Part shown: positions 1 to 12,885 of the stretch, one piece after another
Layout of the letters: each line of letters starts with the position of its first letter
Position numbering within the stretch: position 1 is the stretch's first letter
DNA from: Polyangiales bacterium
Lineage (GTDB): Bacteria; Myxococcota_A; Polyangia; Polyangiales; Ga0077539
Assembly: GCA_044229975.1 (NCBI GenBank)
Contig: JBGARZ010000003.1
Span: 256,001 to 320,000 of the forward strand
Reading direction: 5' to 3'
Length of the DNA: 64,000 nucleotides
Position numbers and translations under genes: made by a program
The notes under the pieces: model-generated
Told to the model about the DNA's origin: nothing
What the model saw: only the letters and a program-made list of their open reading frames with translations
Database searches by the model: none

Positions 1-33
1 GAATGGTCCTATGGTCGACGCGAGCTGTTGCCC

Positions 34-618
34 ATGGCCCTGACCGCGCCCGCCGCCGAGGAGAAGGCCCTCGTCGAGGCTGCCCAGGCCGGCGACGTGG
101 AAGCGGTGCGAATGCTCGTCGACCGGGTCTCGCGACCGCTCTACGCCGCGGTGATCCTTCCTCGCATCGGCATCGCGGCCGACGCCGAGGACATCCTCCG
201 CGAGACGCTGCTGCGGGCCATCGATCGCATCCACACGTTCCATTGGACGGGCGCGGGGTTCTTCCCGTGGGTGCGGCAGATCGCGATCCATCAGGTGATC
301 GACCACGTGCGCCGGGTGCAGCGCCGCACCCGCCTGGAGGAGCGCTTCGAGCGACAGGCCGGCGACGTGATGCCGCTCCATCACGCCGGCGCCGAGGAGG
401 CGCTCATCGACCAGCAGGAGCGAACCCTCTCGCTCAAGACCATGAGCGTCGCGATGGACGCGCTCAATGATCGGTACCGACAAGCCATCACGCTGCGGCT
501 GCTGGAAGAGCGGAGCCGCGAGGACTGCGCCGCGGCGCTGGGCGTGACCCTGGGAAACTTCGACGTGATCCTGCACCGCGCGCTGGCTGCGCTAAGAAAG
601 GCCTATGGTGTGCGATGA
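34..618 (+). CDS. ECF-type RNA polymerase sigma factor
   Basis: LVEAAQAGD, region 2 (AEDILRETLLRA..FFPWVRQIA) and region 4 HTH (LNDRYRQAITLR..SREDCAAALGVTLGNFDVILHRA). ATG at 34 preferred to TTG at 28. Confidence 0.9.
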   Translation: MALTAPAAEEKALVEAAQAGDVEAVRMLVDRVSRPLYAAVILPRIGIAADAEDILRETLLRAIDRIHTFHWTGAGFFPWVRQIAIHQVIDHVRRVQRRTRLEERFERQAGDVMPLHHAGAEEALIDQQERTLSLKTMSVAMDALNDRYRQAITLRLLEERSREDCAAALGVTLGNFDVILHRALAALRKAYGVR

Positions 619-1118
619 GCGCTGCCGACGACTCGTGGAACCCCGATGACGGCCCGCCCCCGACGGACGAAGAGCGCGCTGAAGCCGCCCGGCTGACGGA
701 CGCCCTCGCCCGCCCTGCGGCCCCTGATGACCCCGACCTGCGCGAGCTCGTCGCCGTCGCGCGCCGCGTCCACGCCACCGCGCACCCCGACCGCGACGAT
801 CAGCGCGCGCGCGTCGACCGCATCGCTCGCGAGGCGCTGGCCACCGCCCGCCCGCAGACGTCACCCGTGCGTCGACTCGTGCGCCGCGCGTGGCCCTTCG
901 CCGTCGCGGCGGCGGCCCTGATGGTGGTGGGCGTCTCGATGGGTCGACCGAGCCCGCGCGTCGGTGCGGGCGAAGGCGCGGTGAGCATCTCCCGCGACGT
1001 CGACGATGTGCTGCGCGCGCCGGTGCGATCGGGCGCAGCCTCGGCGCCCGCGACGCAGGTGTACGAAGCGCGGCTCACGGCCTGGCGCGACGCCTACCTC
1101 CGCGGGGCGTCGCGATGA
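615..1118 (+). CDS. putative anti-sigma factor (single TM)
   Basis: ATGA overlap with the sigma gene. Helical N-terminal part, then RR-flanked TM (WPFAVAAAALMVVGVSM) and a short C-terminal domain. Confidence 0.65.
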   Translation: MSAADDSWNPDDGPPPTDEERAEAARLTDALARPAAPDDPDLRELVAVARRVHATAHPDRDDQRARVDRIAREALATARPQTSPVRRLVRRAWPFAVAAAALMVVGVSMGRPSPRVGAGEGAVSISRDVDDVLRAPVRSGAASAPATQVYEARLTAWRDAYLRGASR

Positions 1119-1657
1119 TGCGTCGGTTCGCCGCCTCCGCGGCGCTCGCACTCGGCCTGTTGGGCGGGTGCGCGGCGCAGGGCACTCACCACGGCCCGCT
1201 GCCCTCCAACGAGGCCGTGATGGCCGTGCTCGGGACGGTGCGCGCGCTGCACCACGAGGCCGACGTCTTCGAAGGAGCGGGCGACTTCGAGCGCGCGACC
1301 GGCGCCGTGCGGCGCATCCTCGCCCTCGAGTTCCCGCGCAACATGGCCGAGGCCGAAGACCTCCGCGCCGACGCCTACGGGCGACTCGCCGAGCTCGCCC
1401 TCCGCCGCGCCGCCCCCGACGAGGCCCTCGCGCTCGCCGACACCGGGCTGCGCGACACCCGCCGCGAGGGCGTGCTCCGCGCTCGCCTGATGATGGTGCG
1501 CGGGCAGAGCCTCGGCGCGCTCGCCGACCGCGCCCACGCCGCGGACGACGAGCCCGGCGCGGCGCGCTACCGGACGCAGGCGCTGGAGGCGTTGGAAGGA
1601 TCCATCGCGCTCAACCAGCGACTGCTGCGCCGCCTCGCCGATGGTGGCGCACCGTGA
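1115..1657 (+). CDS. TPR-like helical lipoprotein
   Basis: MMRRFAASAALALGLLGGC lipobox, TPR-like helices (AYGRLAELAL..DEALAL), ATGA overlap with the previous gene. Confidence 0.7.
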   Translation: MMRRFAASAALALGLLGGCAAQGTHHGPLPSNEAVMAVLGTVRALHHEADVFEGAGDFERATGAVRRILALEFPRNMAEAEDLRADAYGRLAELALRRAAPDEALALADTGLRDTRREGVLRARLMMVRGQSLGALADRAHAADDEPGAARYRTQALEALEGSIALNQRLLRRLADGGAP

Positions 1658-2253
1658 GACGACTCAGTCTCTGCGTGCTCGCCGCGCCGCTCACGCTGCT
1701 CTCGGGGTGCGCGATGTCCTCCGCGCCGCGAGGGTCGTCGGCCGCGCCGTCGTCGTACCAGACGCGCTCTACGCCGGTGATCACGAGCACCACCACCACC
1801 CCGGTGAGCGGAGGCATCTCGCCCTTCTACCAGACGCAGCCCGCCACCCCGTCGAATCAGCGCGAGCCCACGGCCGCGCCGCCGCCTCCGCAGGCGCTGG
1901 TCGAAGACGCCCCGCCCCAGGTGCCGGCTGCCACGACGACCGTGCAGACCGTCGGTGAAGAGACGACGGTCTCGGTGCCCGACGGCGTCGGCACGGGAGA
2001 ACGGATGCGGATGCAGGAGGCTCGCATCGGCGCGCAGGTGCAGCGCATCCGCGACGAGCAGATCCGCATCGCGACCAACCCCGGCGTCTGTCGTGACGTG
2101 TGCTTCGCGGCGGGGTCGATCTGCCTCGCCGCTCAAGAGGTCTGCCACCTCGCGGGCGACGCCGACGGGCGCTGCGCCCGAGCTCGCGCGGCCTGCACCG
2201 AAGCGGGTCAACAGCGCGACGGCACCTGCCCGGTGTGTCCGCCGACGCACTGA
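1654..2253 (+). CDS. lipoprotein with Pro/Thr linker and 8-Cys C-terminal domain
   Basis: GTGA overlap, LLSGC lipobox, CRDVC..SIC..EVC..RC..AC..CPVC. Confidence 0.7.
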   Translation: MRRLSLCVLAAPLTLLSGCAMSSAPRGSSAAPSSYQTRSTPVITSTTTTPVSGGISPFYQTQPATPSNQREPTAAPPPPQALVEDAPPQVPAATTTVQTVGEETTVSVPDGVGTGERMRMQEARIGAQVQRIRDEQIRIATNPGVCRDVCFAAGSICLAAQEVCHLAGDADGRCARARAACTEAGQQRDGTCPVCPPTH

Positions 2254-2308
2254 CGCGGGTGCGAGTTGGGCGGGCGACTTCCGTCCGCCTGTACTAGCGT
2301 CGTCGCCC

Positions 2309-3154
2309 ATGAGCCGCGCGTCGTCCTTCGCTTTCGCCCTCGCGGTCCCGCTCCTCTCGACCTCCCTCGCGTGGTCGCAGGTGCCCCCCGAGGAGACCCT
2401 CCCGCCACCGCCGCCGCCCGCGACGACGACCGCACCTCCCACGACGCTCGCACCTCCGGCGGCGCCCGCGGCCACCCCGCCCGCGCCATCGCTGCTCGCC
2501 CCTGGTTCCGCGTGGTCGCTCGCGGCCCCGCAGCCCCAGCGGGCCTACACGCGCGAGCGTCTGCGACTCCTCAACCAGTCGCTGCTCAACCTCCCCGAGC
2601 GCAGCCGATCGGCGCGCGTCACCGAAGGCATCATCAACCTCGCCCTCGGCGGCGGCTTCATCGCGCTCGGGTTCCTCTTCGCCAACGACGACCCCGCCGC
2701 GGACACCTCGCTGCTCAGCACGTTGATGTGGTTTCAGGGCGGGTACAGCGTGCTCAACGGGGCCGTCTCCCTCGCCTGGGTGCCCGCCCGCGAACGCCTC
2801 CCGCCCGTCTACGGCGCCATGCCCATGCGCACCGCCGCCAACCGCCGCGCGCGCCTCGAATACGGCGAGCAGGCCCTCGACGCCATGGCCCGCGACAGCC
2901 GCCTGCGCCGCACGCTCACCGGCATCGGCGGCGCCGTGCTCGGCGTCGGCACCATCGGCATCCTCTACCGCGATCAGATCTTCAACAACGAGGCGATGCC
3001 CGAGCCGGTCGAGTTCAACTACCTGATGATCGGCCTCACGCTCGTGAACGTGGCCGCCAACATCATCACGGTGTTTTCACAGACGGAGGAGGAGCGCCTC
3101 CGCGCCAACTACCAACAGGAGCTGCAGCTCCTGCGCGAGAGCGCCGGAGACTGA
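2309..3154 (+). CDS. hypothetical membrane protein with signal peptide and Pro-rich linker
   Basis: MSRASSFAFALAVPLL..AWS signal, poly-Pro stretch, four hydrophobic segments, GC3-rich frame. Confidence 0.7.
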   Translation: MSRASSFAFALAVPLLSTSLAWSQVPPEETLPPPPPPATTTAPPTTLAPPAAPAATPPAPSLLAPGSAWSLAAPQPQRAYTRERLRLLNQSLLNLPERSRSARVTEGIINLALGGGFIALGFLFANDDPAADTSLLSTLMWFQGGYSVLNGAVSLAWVPARERLPPVYGAMPMRTAANRRARLEYGEQALDAMARDSRLRRTLTGIGGAVLGVGTIGILYRDQIFNNEAMPEPVEFNYLMIGLTLVNVAANIITVFSQTEEERLRANYQQELQLLRESAGD

Positions 3155-3158
3155 CGAT

Positions 3159-4469
3159 TCAGGGGGCGGGAGCGGCGGCGGGGCGGGCAGCAGCGGGGCG
3201 GGCAGCAGCGGGGCGAGCGGCAGCGGGGCGCGCCGGGGGACGAGCGCCCGGACGGCCCGGGGCAGCCTGGGTGGCGCACGCCGGAATTAGCGTGAGCGCG
3301 ATGCCCTCGTCGGTGGACATGCCCTCGCCGTCGAGCGCGGCGTAGGCGTCGATGCGGAGGCACGCGTGCGGCACGACAGCAGGCTCGTCGGAGGCCATCG
3401 CCTCGTGATGGGTGCGGGTCGCCTCGGCCGGCGCGGTGAACGGTCGCGCGGTCACGCCAGCGCAACCGACGACGGCGCTCCAGCGGGTGCCGAGCGGCTG
3501 CGAGGGCACGACACACGCGTTGGGATCGACCGCTGCGGGAGCGGCCTCTTCTTCCTCTTCGGCGCCCATGACCATGGGCTCCGGGGGCGGGCCGTAGAGC
3601 TGCGCGGGCGTCTCCTTGGCCTCCGGAAACGCGGTGACCACGATGGCGCGGAGCTGGTCCATCGTCCATCGCACGGCGGTCTCGCGGGCGGCGGCGTCGG
3701 CCGGGTCGGCGGCGGTCTGCGACTCCAGCTCCCACCACTGGGTGAGCCCGCGGTTGCGCATCACGGTGAACACCTGGTTGACCGTTCGGTCGGTGCCCAC
3801 GCGCACCATGTCGAGGCTCAGCGTCGCGCGGCGCGGCAGCGCGCTGCGGCCCGGAACCGGGATGAAGAAGTCCTGCACGAAGTCCTTGCGGCAGTGCGAC
3901 GCGCGGCACTGCGGCGGCGCGTTTTCGAAGGCGGCGCCGAACTCCGGGTTGCCCTGGACGATGGCTCCCATGCCCTGGCCCCACGCGTTGAGCCCGCCGA
4001 AGAGGCGAACCCAGCGGTTGAACGACAGGCGCCCCCACTGACGGGTGCGCGCGGCCGAAGCGCGAAGCTCCTCCTCGCGGCGAACGCGGTCGGCCTCGTC
4101 CTGCGCGCGACGCGCGGCCTCAGCCTCGGCGCGGGTGCGCTCGTACACGGCGAGGCGCTGACGGGCCTCCTCGACGTGCGTGCCCGCCGGGAAGGCGCGC
4201 AGGTACTCGTTGAGGCCATCGAGGGAGGCGCGGTGATCGGCCCAGTAGTCCTCCTCGGTGGCGTTGATGACGGCCTGCACCTCCGGGCGGAAGCGCCCGT
4301 TGGGCTGACCCGAGAGGTACTCGCTCGCGGCGGCGAGGCGGTCGGACCCCTCGGCGGCGTAGCGGAAATTGCGGTAGGCCGTGTAATCGGCGCGGGAGGC
4401 GACCACGCGGCAGCCCGCCACGGTCATCGCCACCACCGTCATCGCCCTGAACATGTCTCGCGAACGCAT
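3159..4469 (-). CDS. hypothetical lipoprotein
   Basis: VAMTVAGC lipobox; two YLxxxPxGxF/H..EA motifs (TPR/BamD-like); coiled coil; low-complexity (ARPAA)n tail. Confidence 0.75.
   Translation of the reverse strand: MRSRDMFRAMTVVAMTVAGCRVVASRADYTAYRNFRYAAEGSDRLAAASEYLSGQPNGRFRPEVQAVINATEEDYWADHRASLDGLNEYLRAFPAGTHVEEARQRLAVYERTRAEAEAARRAQDEADRVRREEELRASAARTRQWGRLSFNRWVRLFGGLNAWGQGMGAIVQGNPEFGAAFENAPPQCRASHCRKDFVQDFFIPVPGRSALPRRATLSLDMVRVGTDRTVNQVFTVMRNRGLTQWWELESQTAADPADAAARETAVRWTMDQLRAIVVTAFPEAKETPAQLYGPPPEPMVMGAEEEEEAAPAAVDPNACVVPSQPLGTRWSAVVGCAGVTARPFTAPAEATRTHHEAMASDEPAVVPHACLRIDAYAALDGEGMSTDEGIALTLIPACATQAAPGRPGARPPARPAAARPAAARPAAARPAAAPAP
3175..3234. repeat. 15-bp tandem repeat, 4 imperfect copies, encoding (ARPAA)n on the - strand
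   Basis: gcggcggggcgggca/gcagcggggcgggca/gcagcggggcgagcg/gcagcggggcgcgcc. Confidence 0.85.
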
Positions 4470-4489
4470 CGGTTGGACCTCAGTGGCTC

Positions 4490-5014
4490 TCAAGGCGCGC
4501 CGCAGGTGTTGGGTTCGCGGCAGAGCGCGGTGCACGACGTCGGCGGGTTGGCGATGACGTCCGGCAGGCTGTTGCACGACGTCTCGGCGATGGCGTGACC
4601 GCACGCCGTGATGTCGCCCTGAAACGCTCCGCAGAACTCCCCGGAGTAGCGCGTGCACGAGTGGGGACACGCGTTGATGCCGAAGAGGTCTTGCCGGATG
4701 GCGCCGCGCACGCACTGGATGAAGGCGTTTTCCGACTCGTTGTTGCAGTCGGCGCCCGGGTTGGAGATGGAGCGGCAGAGCACCCCGCACTCGCGCAACC
4801 GGAAGCAGAGGTGCGCGCACATGCCCTGGTCGAAGTAGTCGTACTCCGCCTCGGCCTGCGAGCCTGGGATGTCGACGTTGGCGTTGGCGCCGCCGCAGCC
4901 GCCGATGTCGCCCGGCGTCGGCGCCGCGATGAAGGCCGCCGCGATGGTCAGCACGAGCAGCGCCGTCCAGCGAGGGCGGCGAACGTTGGGGGTCTCTCGC
5001 ATCTCCGCCGTCAC
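4490..5014 (-). CDS. Cys-rich exported protein
   Basis: RRPR plus hydrophobic leader, APTPGDIGGCG, then about 14 Cys. GTGA overlap with the upstream gene (alternative ATG at 5002). Confidence 0.7.
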   Translation of the reverse strand: MTAEMRETPNVRRPRWTALLVLTIAAAFIAAPTPGDIGGCGGANANVDIPGSQAEAEYDYFDQGMCAHLCFRLRECGVLCRSISNPGADCNNESENAFIQCVRGAIRQDLFGINACPHSCTRYSGEFCGAFQGDITACGHAIAETSCNSLPDVIANPPTSCTALCREPNTCGAP

Positions 5015-5697
5015 GGAAGCACCTCGTAATCCACCAGAATCCCAAGGCCGCCGCCGATGATCGGGTACACCGCGCCGCCGTTGCCGAAGTAGAGATCGAA
5101 GATCGCCTCGGCCGTGATCGCGAGCCCCGAACGCACGTAGAACGCCCCGCCCGCCGCGACCTCGACGCCCACCGCGAGCTCGGGGCAGAAGCCCCACCCC
5201 GGCGGATAGACGGTGTTGCGGTTGGCCGGCAGCCCGCTGCCCGACCAGTCACGCGTGCGGTCGATGGGCACCGCGAGGCCCGCGGGCCGCGAGCACGCGC
5301 CGCGCGTGATGAGCAGCGGCACGTTGACGCGGGCGTGGATGTTCCAGGCGTCGGTGAGGCGGCGGTACATCTGCACGCCGGGCTGTACCGCGAGCTGCGG
5401 GCCGTTGGCGTCGATGCCCCCCTGGAGTCCGAGCGACGGGCCGAGGAGGAATCTCCCTGCGTGGATGAACGCGTACGTCCCCTCCAACAGCACCGACGGC
5501 GGCGAGAGCCGACCGAAGGAGAACGGGTCCCTGATGCGGGCGCCGATGCCGAACTCCGCTCGCACGAGGATGTGCCGCTCGTTGGGCTGCGACGACCACC
5601 CGCCGGGCCTGGGCGACGCCTCCTCGGCGGTCTGCGCCGAGGCGGGAACAGCAGCCAGGACGAGCCCGACCGCGAAGAGGAAAGCGCGCGTTTTCAC
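5011..5697 (-). CDS. putative outer-membrane beta-barrel protein
   Basis: ASA signal peptide, alternating amphipathic beta strands, C-terminal GILVDYEVLP. Confidence 0.6.
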   Translation of the reverse strand: MKTRAFLFAVGLVLAAVPASAQTAEEASPRPGGWSSQPNERHILVRAEFGIGARIRDPFSFGRLSPPSVLLEGTYAFIHAGRFLLGPSLGLQGGIDANGPQLAVQPGVQMYRRLTDAWNIHARVNVPLLITRGACSRPAGLAVPIDRTRDWSGSGLPANRNTVYPPGWGFCPELAVGVEVAAGGAFYVRSGLAITAEAIFDLYFGNGGAVYPIIGGGLGILVDYEVLP

Positions 5698-5748
5698 CGT
5701 GCGCGCATGGTAGACACGGCCCCGCGCCCATCGTCAACGGAGCAGTGC

Positions 5749-6396
5749 GTGCCCGCGAAAAGGTCTCCCTCCCACTCGTACCTGAGCGTCGTCGGCCTCG
5801 TCTGCGCGGTGATCTCCGGCTGCCCCTCGACCGCGTCGCGTGTCGTCGATGCCGCGTCCGCCGACCGACCGTCGCTCGATGCAGGCGCTCGCCCTCGCGC
5901 GCGGCGCGGTCGGCGACGACGCCCGGTCGCCCACGCGCCCGTGGCGGGTCACCCCGCGGTGGCCACCAACGACCCGGTCGAGACCATCGACGACGATGAG
6001 GGCCCCGCACCGCCGCGGCCGCGCATGACCGAGACGGGTCCCACGCTCCCCGAAGACATGGGGCCGCCGCCCTCGCAGGAGCTCGACCTCACGCAAAACG
6101 CAGGCGGTCCCATGGGGCTCGAACCCGCGCAGGTGCGACGCGCCATGGAGCCGTTGATTCCGCGGCTCACCAACTGCGCGGCGGCGACGACCGACGAGTC
6201 GGGCCGCGGCCCGCGCGGTCGGGTGGGGGTGCGCCTGCGCGTGCACGGCGACGGTCGACCCACCGCGGCACGCGTGAGCGGCGGCGGCGGGACGGGGGAG
6301 TTCGTGCTGTGTGTTCGGAGGGTGGTGGCGTCGGCGCGCTTCGACCACTTCGCGGGCCCCGACGTCTTCGTGACGTGGGGCTTCGACGTGGACTGA
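5749..6396 (+). CDS. lipoprotein with AgmX/PglI (TonB-C-like) C-terminal domain
   Basis: ISGC lipobox; LTNC..GRVGVRLRVHGDGRPTAARV..FVLCVRRVV..F..F.G pattern. Confidence 0.6.
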   Translation: MPAKRSPSHSYLSVVGLVCAVISGCPSTASRVVDAASADRPSLDAGARPRARRGRRRRPVAHAPVAGHPAVATNDPVETIDDDEGPAPPRPRMTETGPTLPEDMGPPPSQELDLTQNAGGPMGLEPAQVRRAMEPLIPRLTNCAAATTDESGRGPRGRVGVRLRVHGDGRPTAARVSGGGGTGEFVLCVRRVVASARFDHFAGPDVFVTWGFDVD

Positions 6397-6403
6397 CCGA
6401 CCG

Positions 6404-9213
<2,810 letters not shown>

Positions 9214-9217
<4 letters not shown>

Positions 9218-11847
9218 CGCGCACCTCCCACGAAGCCCGACGCGCGCCGTCTCCGTCTCCGCGCGCCCACGGCGAGCGACGCGCCCACGAGGACCACCCA
9301 CCCCGCCGACGAGCCCGTCGGCTGGCCACCGCGGACGGAGCAGCTCCCGCCCGAGCCGATCACCCGGTCGCGCGTGAGGGGCGTGAGCGTCGGGTCGACG
9401 CACTGGCCGTCGCGGCACACCACGTTGCCGCCACCGCCGCAGGTCACCCCGCTGCACGGGTCATCGACGAGCACGCCGTTGCGGCACACCCGCCCAGGCT
9501 GCGAACCCACGTTCTGACACGGGTCCATCTGGCAGGTGCCGCGGCCCTCCATCACCACGCAGGTGGTCCCGAGGTCGCATCGAACACCCTGGCAGAGGTC
9601 GGCGATGCAGGCCCCGTCGCGGCAGCTCTGGCCCCCAGGGCACCGGATCGTCGCGCAGCTCGCCACGCACTGGGCGGCGCCCGTCGCGTCGGGTCGGCAG
9701 AACTGCCCGGCGCCGCAGGTGCGCGTCGCGCAGCCGTTGTTGATGCACGAGCCGCCGCGGCAGAGCTGGTTGCCCGTGCAGCCGAGGCCGTAGCAGGAGT
9801 TCTCCACGCAGCTCGCGCGGCCATCGCGCACGGTGCACACGCGGCCCGTCGGGCACATCATCGCGGCGCACTCGTCGACGCAGCGGTTGTCGACGCACAC
9901 CTGGGTGGGCGCGCAGATCTCCGTCCCGCACATCGGCGGCACGCAGAACCCATCGCGATCACACGCCAGCCCGATGGAGCACGGGAACTCCCCGGGCAGG
10001 CACGGCGTCCGGCACTGGCACGCCACGCAGCGGCCGCCGCCCGGGCACAGGCTCCCCGCTCCGGCCACGTCCTCGTCGATCATGCCGTCGCAGTCGTCGT
10101 CCATGCAGTTGCAGCGCTCGGGCGTGCCCGTCGCGCCGCCCTCGCAGCTGAGCCTCCCGTCGCGGCAGCGCTGCGTCCCAGCGCGGCACAGCGGCGCGCC
10201 GTCGGCGCTCGTCATGCAGCTCGCGCCGCCGCCCGGGTTGCCCTCGTCCACGAGGCCGTTGCAGTTGTTGTCGAGCCCATCGCAGATCTCGTCGCGCCGC
10301 ATGGTCTCGTCGGCGTTGCAGACGAAGCGACCGCCGCGGCACTCGAAGGTGCCCGCCCGACACACGCCCGCGGCGAGGCCGCAGGTGCCCGCCGAGGGGA
10401 TGCCGTCGTCGATCATCCCGTTGCAGTCGTTGTCGACGCCGTCGCACACCTCCGGCCGAGGCTGCGGCGCGTTGCAGACGAAGCGCCCGCCCACGCACAC
10501 CGCCATGCCCGGCCCGCAGACCAGCTCACCCGCGGCGCACGGGCGCGCCGCCACGCCCTCGTCGACCATCCCGTCGCAGTCATTGTCGACGCCGTCGCAG
10601 ACCTCCGTCGCGGGCGACGGCGCCGAGCAGCTCCCCCACGCGCCGGCCGCGCACACCTCGCGGCCCGAGCCGCAGGTGGTGCTGCACGGGCGCGAGAGCC
10701 CATCGTCGATCATGCCGTTGCAGTTGTTGTCGCGGTTGTCGCAGACCTCGGGCAGCGGCGCGGCGCTCACGCAGTCGCCCCACGCCCCGGCCGAGCAGTA
10801 CTGCGTGCCCGCGCCGCAGTCGCCGGTGCAGGCCCGCGACACGCCCTCGTCGATGGTGCCGTTGCAGTTGTTGTCGATGTTGTCGCAGACCTCGACGCTG
10901 GCCGGGCCCGGCGTACAGGTCACGGTCATCCCGCCCTGACAGGTGTCGACGGTGCGCATGCACGCGCCCACGCCGCAGGTGGTGGTGCCGAGGCCGTCGT
11001 CGATCATGCCGTTGCAGTTGTTGTCGCGGCCGTCGCAGGTCTCGGGCACCGGGTTGCACACCGGAACGAGACCAATGGAGCGCACGAGCACGTCCTCGAA
11101 GTCGTTGTCGCCGCCGCGGAAGAGGTCTTCCCACGCGAAGTAGAACCCGTCGCGGAAGGTGCGCGACGAGTAGATGAGGAAGTGCACGTAGTCGCCGTCG
11201 TCGTTGATGCTGTTGTCCGTCGAGTAGACGCGGCGGTCGGTGGCGTTGACCGGCGCGCAGTCGAGCGTCTCGCCGTCGGCCACGGCCTCCGGGGTCATGA
11301 TGTAGAAGGCGATGGGCCCGCCGCGCCAGGTTCCGCGCGTGCGGAAGCAGTCGAAGTCGAGCTCGACGATGTTGGGGTTGACCCAGTGGGTGCAGGTGCC
11401 GTCCGCGGGCAGCGCGCGCCGCGGGCCGCCGGTACAGGGACAGTCGCACGACGCCGCGAGGTCACGGCACGCATACACCTGCTGCCGCGAGCCCGGCACG
11501 AAGGGGCTGTCGCCGACGTTGTACCAGCCGAAGCGGCTCTGATAACCGGCCCCCTCGCCCACCATCGTGAACTGCGCGATGCGACGACCGTCGCTGCGCA
11601 CCGACGGCACGAAGGTCTGCGGGTTGACGGCGGCGTTGGTCTCCGCGTCGAGCACCCCGAAGCCCTCACCGGGCGCGGGGTTGGTCACCGTTGGGACGAG
11701 GTCGGCCCGCTTGTCGAGGCACTCCTGCAACGCCTCGGTCTGCGGAACGATCACCCCGTCGACCTGGTTGATGATCGCCTGCGCCGGCAGACCGAAGAGC
11801 AGGAACACGCCGAGGAGCGATAGGAACAGACTGGTTCGGACCCGCAT
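9214..11847 (-). CDS. surface protein: DUF4114-like head, MopE-type repeats, Cys-rich stalk, MYXO-CTERM
   Basis: AQA signal peptide; AWEDLFRGGDNDFEDVLV; 7 MopE-type repeats; GGSCSV..TM..RRRRRR tail; AGGAG RBS upstream. Confidence 0.85.
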
Positions 11848-11988
11848 ACGATGAGCTCCTGCGTCGATCGCACGCACCACCAATCGATGGCGCACGGACG
11901 CGCTTGGACTGTCGCAGAGTCCGGCGCGCATCCGCAAGGCAGACCTTGTCCTACCCCGGTCGCCACCGTACGCCGCGGGATCGTAGCC

Positions 11989-12885
11989 TCAGCCGCGCTC
12001 GGAGCGGCCCGCCGTGGTCGCCGCCCACCCGCGCGGGTGCAGCACGATGGCCCGCGCTGCGTCGCCCAGTGCGCCCCAGCGAGCCTTCAGCGCGGGGTCG
12101 CCGAGACGCGCCAACGCCCGGTCGAAGGCGGCAGCCCGGTGAGCTTCGGTCCCGACCCTGAGCGCCAACAGTCCCCGCGCGGCGTCAGCGAGGGCGCTGA
12201 CCCCCGACACCCTGGTCTCGTCGGAGGTCACCGAGGTCGCGACGATGGGACATCGACCATCGATCGGGCTGAGCCTCGCCCGCAGCACCCGGGTCGCGGT
12301 CTCCGTGGCGACGAGACGCTCGGGGTCGTCGGCCGGGGCTTCGCGGTCGAAGGGTGGCAGCTCGTCGACCCGGTGGAGCGCGACGAGCAACGACGGCGCG
12401 GCGCCACGGCGCAGGGTCCACGCCCGGAGCAGCACACGCAGATCGTCCACGTCGTCGTCGATGCCCGCATCGACCTCGGTCGCCGAAAACACCGCGAGCG
12501 CCAGGTCGGGCGGGTCGTCGTGAAGCGCGTCGGCGAGCCGCGCGCGCAGCCCCGGCGAGCCCGCCGAACGAAGGCCGGGTGTGTCGTGGACGAGGACGGT
12601 TCCACCCCACGGGACGACGGCGCAGGACACGGCGTGCGCGGCGCCGGTCGACGCGAAGGAGGCGAGCGCCATCGCGAGCGACGACTTGCCTACGCTCCGG
12701 CGACCGACGATGGCCATCGACGGCGCCCAGCCGTGCGCCGGCACCTGCCCCAGGCGAAAGCGCGTCAGGCGCGCGACGGGCTCTCGCGACAGGTCGAGCT
12801 CGATGGTGGGCACTGGCGGCGCGACCTCGCCGATCGCGTCGGCCATGGCGCGCGCGTCGACGATGGGGTCGCGGCGTTCACTCAT
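11989..12885 (-). CDS. degenerate GTPase-domain protein (paralog of the upstream gene)
   Basis: G1 GRRSVGKS, G3 DTPG, altered G4 HRVD. Confidence 0.7.
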   Translation of the reverse strand: MSERRDPIVDARAMADAIGEVAPPVPTIELDLSREPVARLTRFRLGQVPAHGWAPSMAIVGRRSVGKSSLAMALASFASTGAAHAVSCAVVPWGGTVLVHDTPGLRSAGSPGLRARLADALHDDPPDLALAVFSATEVDAGIDDDVDDLRVLLRAWTLRRGAAPSLLVALHRVDELPPFDREAPADDPERLVATETATRVLRARLSPIDGRCPIVATSVTSDETRVSGVSALADAARGLLALRVGTEAHRAAAFDRALARLGDPALKARWGALGDAARAIVLHPRGWAATTAGRSERG

